In this document: positions 19,783-27,996 of the stretch, in pieces
Layout: every line of letters starts with the position of its first letter
How positions within the stretch are numbered: position 1 is the stretch's first letter
IMG/VR virus record: IMGVR_UViG_3300025767_001290
Location: 1-64,000 of that record
DNA length: 64,000 nucleotides
Strand: one strand, 5' to 3'
Origin: a virus
Program-made: the position numbers and the translations under genes
Notes under the pieces: model-generated
The model's input: only the letters and a program-made list of their open reading frames with translations
What the model was told of the DNA's origin: nothing
Database searches by the model: none

Positions 19783-20587
19783 TAGAGAAAAGTTACAGTA
19801 CGTTAAAAATGTACTAAGTCTTACTAATAAAGATATAGATATTACCGAATTATATAATTTAGTAACTGCAATAAACAGAAATGACGAGTTGTACTTTCTA
19901 ACTACTATGTTTAAGTTATTGCAGCCTGAAACAGATGCATCTTTATTAAAAACTGTATTTGGATTAATTAAAGAAGATCCTAGTTTAGAGAAAACTTTAT
20001 TAGATTCATTTAGTCATAATCAAATTGCAGCAAAAACAGCACTGTTAAATGCTGTAGACGATTTAAAAATATTAGACAAAGATTCAACAGTTGTAATGTG
20101 GGCAGGATGGTACGGAAGTATATTGATACCTAAGCTAGCAAATAAAGTTAAAAAAATTGTTAACATTGATTTAGATAACCAAACTACAAAGGTATCAAAA
20201 AAATTATTTAATAATTACGAAAATGTAGATTATATTTGTGATGACATTTTTAAAACATATAGAGATGCATATTTAAATACAAATCTAATTATTAATACTA
20301 GCTGCGAACATATGCCGCCAATGAAAGATTGGAAATGGTTTGGGGCTGGAGCATTAAGTAATGATCAAGACACTAGCATATTTAGAACTCCTAAATTATC
20401 AGACAATTGTTACTTTGCATTCCAGTCGAATAATATGTTTGGCATAGAAGGGCATGTAAATTGTGTTAATAGTTTACAAGAGTTTAAAGACCAAATGCCC
20501 GAACGTGCAGAGATACTTTTTGAAGAGGAAGTAGAAGACACTCGCGGCACTAGGCATATGCTTGTTGGCAAATTTATGCCTCTTTAA
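19775..20587 (+). CDS. Putative class I SAM-dependent methyltransferase
   Basis: AGWYG motif-I-like, NIDLD, CDDI, INTSCEHM. Confidence 0.65.
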   Translation: MINREKLQYVKNVLSLTNKDIDITELYNLVTAINRNDELYFLTTMFKLLQPETDASLLKTVFGLIKEDPSLEKTLLDSFSHNQIAAKTALLNAVDDLKILDKDSTVVMWAGWYGSILIPKLANKVKKIVNIDLDNQTTKVSKKLFNNYENVDYICDDIFKTYRDAYLNTNLIINTSCEHMPPMKDWKWFGAGALSNDQDTSIFRTPKLSDNCYFAFQSNNMFGIEGHVNCVNSLQEFKDQMPERAEILFEEEVEDTRGTRHMLVGKFMPL

Positions 20588-21242
20588 ATTGTTGTGCTAA
20601 CCAATCAAAATTATTTATAAGGCTAATATTGCTCCTATTAGAAATCCCAAACTCCCTGCCAGCATTAGCACCAGCAATAGCGAAATCACCATAGCGCCTC
20701 TCACCGCCTTTTGTACACCAAGTATTAAGTCTTTGTTCTGTTTCTTCATTGTTTTGTCTCGTAATTGTCCTACTGCTTAGTTTAGCACATTCTCTAAATG
20801 CACCTTTCCATGTTTCAAATGGACTTGTGTTAAATGCTGTAATATTTGCAACTTCATCTACAGCAATAAAATGTTCGCTTATGCTTGTAGTCATATCCGG
20901 TTTAGTTGTATCCATATCGACTGTCATCTGCCGAGGAAATAACTTTACTCCTCCGTAACCATATTCTAATCCATTAATAGGATTCTTTGCTCTCCATACA
21001 TGTACATGATCTAACTGGTGATTAGGAACAACATAATCAAAGTTAAAGTCGTCCATAATTATTGCATCAGCATCTACGATCCAAAACATCTTAGTAAAGC
21101 ATTTCTTTGCTGCTTTTATGTGTGCTTGATGTATTCCTTTAACTCCGTGTACACGTTTAGTCATAGAAAACCGTGCTTTGAGTGCAGCATAGTTAGCATC
21201 TGCACTAGGTTCCTGATAACTTATGAATACTATATCATACAT
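20574..21242 (-). CDS. Glycosyltransferase-like protein (GT-A, DxD)
   Basis: ISY.E, HGVKG..AH..A, IVDADA, NGL.YG.GG.KL. Confidence 0.75.
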   Translation of the reverse strand: MYDIVFISYQEPSADANYAALKARFSMTKRVHGVKGIHQAHIKAAKKCFTKMFWIVDADAIIMDDFNFDYVVPNHQLDHVHVWRAKNPINGLEYGYGGVKLFPRQMTVDMDTTKPDMTTSISEHFIAVDEVANITAFNTSPFETWKGAFRECAKLSSRTITRQNNEETEQRLNTWCTKGGERRYGDFAIAGANAGREFGISNRSNISLINNFDWLAQQFKEA

Positions 21243-21248
21243 AGTTTA

Positions 21249-22487
21249 TTATAACACTTTTTTAGTTAATTGTCTAGTGTTTCCGTAATGGATTACTGTG
21301 CAATTTGGATTTACATATGAGCGCCAAGGGTCAACTACTATGCTACCGTTGGGAATATCGCAATACAATTTGTCTGCACTATCCTTGCCAGTGTACTTGT
21401 ATGTAGTACTTGCGCTGTGTGCTAGTAAAAATACACAAGTCTCTGTTGGATCATACTCGTCGCCTGTTAGTGGATCTACATACACAGGTTCAAAGCCTTG
21501 CTCTTCACAGTAATGACCAATTAGTAAACTGTAACTACCATCGCAATACTCTACGTTTGGCTTGTATGCTTTGCCATGAATAACAATCTGCATATTATGT
21601 TCGTTTGCATGTTGCACTAGTTCTAATGCAATGTTCTTTGCTTGTATTTCTCTGGCATTCATGATGCTGTCAAATAAATCGTATCCTAAGCCAAGTTCGT
21701 TTGCCATATAGCGTAGTGCAATGTTGTCACGTGGATGACACCCACCTCCATCACCCATGCCTGCTTTCATATACTGTGGACCCATAATACGCATCGTAGA
21801 CTTAGCTAGAGCGTCTGTAACAACGTCTACGTTAATGTTGCCCTGTTGCTGCGCTACATCCTGTATCATGTTTACAAGACCTATTTTAGCACTAATAAAC
21901 GTATTGTAGAATACTTTGATACACTCGCACTCGTCCCAAGTACCAATCTCATAGCGTGGATTATTTTCCATTATAGTTTTATAAAAGTCTACAAGTTGTT
22001 CTGCGTCGCCTGTTGCACTTCCATCTTCTGTGCCGATCATAACCATCTCTGGATTTACCATATCCCATGCTACACTGCCCATTGCAATTAAGTAAGGATT
22101 GTATACAAAGCGTGTGTTAGGAACAAGGTCAACAAACTGCTTGCGTGTTGTGCCGGGCAATACTGTACTAATAAGCACAAGCAATTGATCTTGTGTCATG
22201 TGCTTGTTTGCTTCTGCTAATACATCTTTTACAATATCGTAATTAAAGTCTTTTGGATTTAAATGTGCTGTTGGTGCTCTGCCATCGTAGTCTGGATCGT
22301 GTGGAGTAGGCACTGCAACAAATACAATGTCTCTGCCTTCTACTGCATCTTTAATTGTAGGCATGATTGTTACTTGGTGACTAGTACGCTTTGCAACATC
22401 ATAACATGTAACGTTGTGTCCTTTACTAGCAATTGCTTCTGCACATGGCATGCCTAGCTTGCCTGTACCTATAAATCCTATTTTCAT
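21249..22487 (-). CDS. ugd: UDP-glucose/GDP-mannose dehydrogenase family protein
   Basis: GxGxxG, AVPTP, STVLPGT, K...N.F...KI, GGGCHPRD catalytic Cys, AYKP. Confidence 0.9.
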   Translation of the reverse strand: MKIGFIGTGKLGMPCAEAIASKGHNVTCYDVAKRTSHQVTIMPTIKDAVEGRDIVFVAVPTPHDPDYDGRAPTAHLNPKDFNYDIVKDVLAEANKHMTQDQLLVLISTVLPGTTRKQFVDLVPNTRFVYNPYLIAMGSVAWDMVNPEMVMIGTEDGSATGDAEQLVDFYKTIMENNPRYEIGTWDECECIKVFYNTFISAKIGLVNMIQDVAQQQGNINVDVVTDALAKSTMRIMGPQYMKAGMGDGGGCHPRDNIALRYMANELGLGYDLFDSIMNAREIQAKNIALELVQHANEHNMQIVIHGKAYKPNVEYCDGSYSLLIGHYCEEQGFEPVYVDPLTGDEYDPTETCVFLLAHSASTTYKYTGKDSADKLYCDIPNGSIVVDPWRSYVNPNCTVIHYGNTRQLTKKVL

Positions 22488-23104
22488 TAGTTTCTTTCCA
22501 ATACAGTTAATATATAATCTGCATATGCTTGATGACTTTTAATCCCTGGATGCGAGCCATCTGCTGCGTGATCTGTTCTATAATCATTTATAGTGTTATC
22601 TAAAAATTCTACATTATTAGATTTAAAATTACTTGCAGTGTCGCCTGTATAATTAAAAGGTTTAGTATTAATTATTTGAGTAACGCATTGTGCAAGATAA
22701 TAATTTGTCCAAGATATAAATATTTTATTATTAAATTCTATTTCTTCGTTTGTACTAAATTGTTTATAAAAAATTTTAGATTTTTTATCTGGACACCAAG
22801 GTCCTATAATACTTGCAGTGTTATTATTTATAACACAACTTCTTTCAGCATGAGTCCAATTCAATAGTACAATATCACTGATTTCAAACTTAAATTTTTG
22901 TAATCTATAAACCATAGCTTTATTACTCGATCCAGGAACAGATAAATTTATATTTTCTCTATCTATTGCATTTGCTATTAGTGCAGGAAATGCTTGATGA
23001 CTTGCTGTTTTCCCAGGTTCATTGTTATTGCGTCCGATACAATCAGGTAATCCTTGTCCAAAAGGATACGAACATCCAAAAGTTATAAGTCTTTTTTTAA
23101 TCAT
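22487..23104 (-). CDS. SGNH/GDSL-like hydrolase or acyltransferase
   Basis: FGCSY..G, NL...GSSN, DGSHPG..SH..YA. Confidence 0.7.
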   Translation of the reverse strand: MIKKRLITFGCSYPFGQGLPDCIGRNNNEPGKTASHQAFPALIANAIDRENINLSVPGSSNKAMVYRLQKFKFEISDIVLLNWTHAERSCVINNNTASIIGPWCPDKKSKIFYKQFSTNEEIEFNNKIFISWTNYYLAQCVTQIINTKPFNYTGDTASNFKSNNVEFLDNTINDYRTDHAADGSHPGIKSHQAYADYILTVLERN

Positions 23105-24353
23105 GTAATAACTCTAGCAATTGGTGTTTAATTGAAAGATCATAAGTTTGACATCTATATTGTAAATGACATATATTATGTGTTAAAATTGGCAACATCT
23201 CAATGAGTATATTGTCTAATTCTTTAGAAGGTTTATTAAAAAAATCTTTAGCACTTTTAATACATGCGTACATTCTTTGTTCATTGTTAGTTATTGTGTC
23301 ATACGATTCGTCAATAAACTTATCAAAGGTAGCGTAACCTAAACTTTTTAAATTTTGCAATGCAAACGCTTCTCCTACAATAACAAATGGTTGCATAAAC
23401 ATTATAGGTTTAAAAATCTTTTCACTAAAAAAAGATCTGTCTATCGAGTAATCCTGATATGTTTCTGCTACTATGTGTAAATAGGAATTATAAAATTTAT
23501 CTACACGCTTGTCAATAACTGGATTTTCTGTTTCTGCATCTATTCCGTCTTTTATTACTAATGGTAACGACTTTTTTAAATTAATATTTTGGTATGTTTT
23601 GTATATTGTTGGTAATTGGGTTTTAAATATAGTTTCTTGATTTTCAAAATAATTATCACCCATTTGCCCATTTAGACCAAGGCTCATTAATCCTTGATGC
23701 CTTTTACTATATAGTAAGCTAACTGCTGCAATCCTAAAGTGATGAGGCCTGCGATTTAAATATAAAAATTTGTGTTCTCTTGAATCGCCTTCTAATATCT
23801 TATCAGTTCCTGCATATTGGAAACTATTTAAATCTTCGTACATAGTTTGACGTTCAAAAAAATTAAAATAAACTGATTTAATAGTAGTATTTTTTGATAA
23901 ATTTCCGTTTATAACAACAAAATCATCAGAAGATAATGATGAATACTTATCTATAATTGTATCTATTAGATCTTGCCAATAATGCCAGTTCCATCCTTCA
24001 TAAGGACACACAACAAGTATTTTACATTTTTTTTGTTGAATATCATTAAGAACAGATCCTGGGATTAAAATATGCTGGCCTATAACGCTACTAATACCGG
24101 ATATACTAACAATAATAGGAAAATAGTATTTTTCTTGGGTTATTCTATCTGTAAAAATTCTAAAAAAAGGTTTTCCGAACAGACCAAAATACCCTTCGTG
24201 ATCTTTCTGTGGGAAGAAAAATCTTTCTACATTGGTCCAGTCGTCGTATATGTTTGTATATTTATTTTGACCTTGGCCTGAAACAAATAAAGGAATTTTA
24301 TAATTAGTACTGCGTTTTAATAAACCAGATTTTCTTGCTGATTTTTTACTCAT
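23097..24353 (-). CDS. Hypothetical protein, possible glycosyltransferase
   Basis: FL.LNRR...HR and IV.ET...F.SEK.FKPI...QPF, resembling the GT10-type TEK motif. Confidence 0.55.
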   Translation of the reverse strand: MSKKSARKSGLLKRSTNYKIPLFVSGQGQNKYTNIYDDWTNVERFFFPQKDHEGYFGLFGKPFFRIFTDRITQEKYYFPIIVSISGISSVIGQHILIPGSVLNDIQQKKCKILVVCPYEGWNWHYWQDLIDTIIDKYSSLSSDDFVVINGNLSKNTTIKSVYFNFFERQTMYEDLNSFQYAGTDKILEGDSREHKFLYLNRRPHHFRIAAVSLLYSKRHQGLMSLGLNGQMGDNYFENQETIFKTQLPTIYKTYQNINLKKSLPLVIKDGIDAETENPVIDKRVDKFYNSYLHIVAETYQDYSIDRSFFSEKIFKPIMFMQPFVIVGEAFALQNLKSLGYATFDKFIDESYDTITNNEQRMYACIKSAKDFFNKPSKELDNILIEMLPILTHNICHLQYRCQTYDLSIKHQLLELLHD

Positions 24354-24355
24354 GA

Positions 24356-25282
24356 TTATTCCTTATCAATAAATTTTAGATTGTTAGTCCTTGCCGGATG
24401 CTCATACACTGCTTTAAAGAACTTACTTTGTTGTGCATCTAATGGATTTACTGAAATAGGAATGTCTAACTCATCAATAAGGCTGTTACCTAGCCGTTGA
24501 ATTGATTCTAACAAGTTTCCATCATGTATGTGTACGCTAACTGTTTTATCCCAATACTCGTTTAAATATTTAAAGTCTCTTACTTGTACATAATCCCAGT
24601 CTGTACACATTGACATGTACAATCCTTCTCTAGCGCCATATATAGCCCATAGACCATTTTTAATATCTGCACCAATCATAGTCCAAATGTAAAGCCAATG
24701 TAAGCAGCGCCAGTGATTATTTTTAAGAGTGTCCGGAGTAAGACGCAAGCCTTGGTCAGTAGCAAGCTTTACTCCTTCTCTAAATCCCGCTCTCCATGCT
24801 TGTTGGGAGGTATGATTATTGTACACATCTGAGTAACAACTATTCATTTGAATATACTGCGCATCCCAGCAAAAATCTACTTGAGCATGCTTATTATTTG
24901 GATCAGCGTTTTCGTGTGTACGCATATTTAACACATACTTCTTAGGCCAACATTTAAGTCCACCGTTGCCGTACATTAATCCGTTTATTTCATTACGGCC
25001 CTTCCAACTAATCACGGTATTTTTTAAGTCGCCATGCTCGTTAAAATCTAGTGTTTGATTTAAAAAATCTTGTCTAACAATATTGTCGGCGTCTACTGTA
25101 ATAAATCTATCTGTTTCACTTAATTCTGCACAGGCTTTATGTGCTGCATCACTACCTTCTACTCCGTGTACACGCTTTGCCCAAGGTACTTTCTTACACA
25201 AATCTGCATAGTTTTGTTCTGCATTAGGTTCGTCGTACGACAGATATATAATATCATAGTCTGTAACTCTAAATTTATTCAT
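24356..25282 (-). CDS. Glycosyltransferase-like protein (GT-A, DxD), paralog of 20574-21242
   Basis: LSYDEP, HGVEG..AH..CA, TVDADN, INGL.YGNGG.K, AWRAGFREG.KL. Confidence 0.75.
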   Translation of the reverse strand: MNKFRVTDYDIIYLSYDEPNAEQNYADLCKKVPWAKRVHGVEGSDAAHKACAELSETDRFITVDADNIVRQDFLNQTLDFNEHGDLKNTVISWKGRNEINGLMYGNGGLKCWPKKYVLNMRTHENADPNNKHAQVDFCWDAQYIQMNSCYSDVYNNHTSQQAWRAGFREGVKLATDQGLRLTPDTLKNNHWRCLHWLYIWTMIGADIKNGLWAIYGAREGLYMSMCTDWDYVQVRDFKYLNEYWDKTVSVHIHDGNLLESIQRLGNSLIDELDIPISVNPLDAQQSKFFKAVYEHPARTNNLKFIDKE

Positions 25283-25895
25283 TTATAATCTCATAGCTGT
25301 AAGTATCAAAATATTTAAAAGTGTATATACTAACATTGTCCATATTTTTAGGAATATTAATCTGTTCACTAATGTCAACTTCTGGGTTAGATAATAAATC
25401 GTATAATTCAATTTTGAACATATCAATTAATATATTAGGATCATTCTTTTTAGTAATACTAAAACTAAATCGTATATTATCAACCACTGACTTCATTGAT
25501 CTAAAATAATCTTGATGCCGAGGAGAAAGGCAAACTGTCCAATTCTTAGTGCCGCATTTGATTATTAAATCAGCGTCACGTGAATACTTAGGCACATTAT
25601 GTAATTTATCAGTAATATTTACTATCTTATGAGGAGAATTTTCTTGGAGTTCTAATTCTCGTGTTTTAATATTAAACATTATTCTATAGCTAGATAAATC
25701 TTTTTTTCCTAATAAAATATCAGTTACTTTATCCGACGAGACTTCTAAACACTCATAACCTTCTTCAAGAAAGCTAATGTTAGAAATTCTCTGAATCTCT
25801 CCAGTTGCTTTGTGATAATATACAAACTTAGTATCGTTACTAGCTGAATCTATTGATAAAGTTTTAAAAAATGCTGGCAAAGTATCAGTTGTCAT
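25275..25895 (-). CDS. Hypothetical phage protein
   Basis: 206-aa ORF overlapping both neighbours. Confidence 0.65.
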   Translation of the reverse strand: MTTDTLPAFFKTLSIDSASNDTKFVYYHKATGEIQRISNISFLEEGYECLEVSSDKVTDILLGKKDLSSYRIMFNIKTRELELQENSPHKIVNITDKLHNVPKYSRDADLIIKCGTKNWTVCLSPRHQDYFRSMKSVVDNIRFSFSITKKNDPNILIDMFKIELYDLLSNPEVDISEQINIPKNMDNVSIYTFKYFDTYSYEIINE

Positions 25896-26739
25896 TATAT
25901 AATTCCTTATAATAAGAAAATAACATGTGTGGCTTTACAAAATCGTTTTCTGTATAATGCAATATTCCTGTTTGTTGGTAATTGCCTATTTTAAGTCCAG
26001 CATTATTATTAAAATATGTACCTACACAATCTTGCCATTTATCTTTGTTAGAATACCAATTTTGTATGTTAGGTTTCATATGAGTAAAGGATGGAAATTT
26101 TACAATCTTGTTTGAAATTTTATCTTCACAATTTAAAATAAGTGTAACAATTGCAGCACATACATCAATACTACACTGCGTAGGTTTATCATGTTTAATA
26201 AAAATTTCATAAAACTTTTGCCAGTTTTGTACTACTAATTCTAACCATGTATAAAATTCTAATGCAAAGTCTGATTTTTCAAAATAATGAAAGCCACTAT
26301 ATAAATTTGGCAAATTGTTATTTACAAAGGCTTTCCTATAATAATCTCCAGTAACTTCGTCGCCGCGATAAGTATGTACCTTGGTAGTAAAAAATACTTC
26401 GTAGTTAGATAAAAAAGTCCACCAGGTTGATATATCTTGGAGCACCAACATATCTGTGTCCATTACTATAGTCTGATCATACGGAGAACAGTGATAAAGT
26501 TTCCATCTATTTTCAATTTTCCATTCAGTGTCTATTGCTGAGTCGTCCCACGGAATACTGATAATCTCATCAAATAGATTTTTATAAATTGCAGAAATGT
26601 TATCATTAGTTACAATACTAATTTTACAATTAGTATTAGTAAATTTTAAACTTAATGCTAAAAGACAAGCCTGTTGAACATAGTCAGTAGTCTCGTTGTT
26701 TTGTGCAAGTACTACTATTCCCTTAGTTTTGTTCATCAT
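25885..26739 (-). CDS. Glycosyltransferase-like protein (GT8/nucleotide-diphospho-sugar transferase-like)
   Basis: A..L..SL, SPYD.TI.MDTDM, LYSG..YF, HY. Confidence 0.7.
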   Translation of the reverse strand: MMNKTKGIVVLAQNNETTDYVQQACLLALSLKFTNTNCKISIVTNDNISAIYKNLFDEIISIPWDDSAIDTEWKIENRWKLYHCSPYDQTIVMDTDMLVLQDISTWWTFLSNYEVFFTTKVHTYRGDEVTGDYYRKAFVNNNLPNLYSGFHYFEKSDFALEFYTWLELVVQNWQKFYEIFIKHDKPTQCSIDVCAAIVTLILNCEDKISNKIVKFPSFTHMKPNIQNWYSNKDKWQDCVGTYFNNNAGLKIGNYQQTGILHYTENDFVKPHMLFSYYKELYNDN

Positions 26740-27571
26740 TAATTATCCGTTCTAAACTAAACTTATTCATTACGTGTATACTCTGTCCTTGTGTTTTTAC
26801 AGCAGTATATTCTCCCACATAATCCTTTTTTTCGACTAAAAATATAAAGTTATCGTCTGCTAATTTCCACAATATATCTTTGTCTGTTGTATACATGTGC
26901 TTTCCTGGTAAAGGCGATACGTAGTCGCCTGTCATAAATCCATTTAATATATGAATTGCAATACTAAATGCAAAGTCATTCCTAAACAAGCTTGAAGATA
27001 ATTGATATACAGATACATAATGACTCCAATTATCTTGTATATGTTTTACTAAATTAAAAAATAATTCATTGTTAGATGTTTTTCTAAAAAATACAACAGT
27101 TGCCCAGTAGAAGTCAACACTATACTCACTTATGTGTGTAAACTCTCTACTATCTCGTATATTTGCAACATCTTGCGATTTTGAAAACATTTGTAAATCG
27201 CTTGCACTTTCAAAACATGACTTAAATAAGTCATTAGAAATAATGTAGTCAGTATCTAATAATAATGTTTCATCATATGGACTAAGATCGTATGCATTTA
27301 TTCTATAATTATTTTTAAAATTAAGTGTTTTAGATGCAAGAGTGCCGTCGTAATATTTTCTAGTATTGTTATCGTCTGTATTATAATCAATAGCTATAAT
27401 TTCATCAAACACTGTGTGCTCTAATGAGCCGTTTATATAGTCAACACTATCAGTAATAACACTTGTAGGTATATTAAGATGTTGTTTAATTCGTTTAGCT
27501 AAGAAAACTGCTTGCTTGGCATAATCAAGTTCGCCGTTGTTTCTTGCAATAAGCAATGCGCCTTTAGTCAA
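26723..27571 (-). CDS. Glycosyltransferase-like protein (GT8-like), paralog of 25885-26739
   Basis: SPYDETLLLDTDY, YWATV.FF, FRND.AFSIA, HVMNK. Confidence 0.7.
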   Translation of the reverse strand: MTKGALLIARNNGELDYAKQAVFLAKRIKQHLNIPTSVITDSVDYINGSLEHTVFDEIIAIDYNTDDNNTRKYYDGTLASKTLNFKNNYRINAYDLSPYDETLLLDTDYIISNDLFKSCFESASDLQMFSKSQDVANIRDSREFTHISEYSVDFYWATVVFFRKTSNNELFFNLVKHIQDNWSHYVSVYQLSSSLFRNDFAFSIAIHILNGFMTGDYVSPLPGKHMYTTDKDILWKLADDNFIFLVEKKDYVGEYTAVKTQGQSIHVMNKFSLERIINDEQN

Positions 27572-27923
27572 TGTCTATTCCTACTAACGCTTCAACTGAA
27601 CGTTGTTTTTTTAAAATGTTATATTTTGTATGATACCTATTAGATGCAGAAAAATAACAATCCATCACATCTTCATAGAATTTAGCAAGGTCTTCAATTT
27701 TAATCGGAATGTTGTTATCGTCTGTTAGAACTACATCTTCAGTATTTTCAGCATTTACTAGTAAGCCAACAAATGTAATTAACTCTTTAGTAATAGTAAA
27801 TTGGCCACCGTCGAAGTAGTGTAATAAATTTTCTTCATATTCTTCGTTTAACAGACGTTTTTGATTGTTGAGGGTAACTATGTAATTTGAAAAATCAATT
27901 GCTTTTTCTAGACGTTCGTCCAT
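27564..27923 (-). CDS. Hypothetical phage protein
   Basis: 119-aa ORF with AAGGAG RBS; first gene of the glycosyltransferase operon. Confidence 0.75.
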   Translation of the reverse strand: MDERLEKAIDFSNYIVTLNNQKRLLNEEYEENLLHYFDGGQFTITKELITFVGLLVNAENTEDVVLTDDNNIPIKIEDLAKFYEDVMDCYFSASNRYHTKYNILKKQRSVEALVGIDID

Positions 27924-27948
27924 AGAGGATCTCCTTGTATTATATAAT

Positions 27949-27977
27949 AGTATATAACACTTTTAGAGATTTGTCAA
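27949..27977 (-). promoter_or_regulatory. Sigma70 promoter for the glycosyltransferase operon
   Basis: Minus strand TTGACA, 17-nt spacer, TATACT, upstream of the RBS and ATG 27923. Confidence 0.8.
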
Positions 27978-27996
27978 ATTATATCTGGCTTACTTT

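Noticed and set aside
3021-20587. Small RiPP precursor peptide for the radical SAM/SPASM enzymes
   Set aside because: No short ORF with an RBS and precursor-like composition found in the gaps, and no RRE, protease or transporter gene recognised
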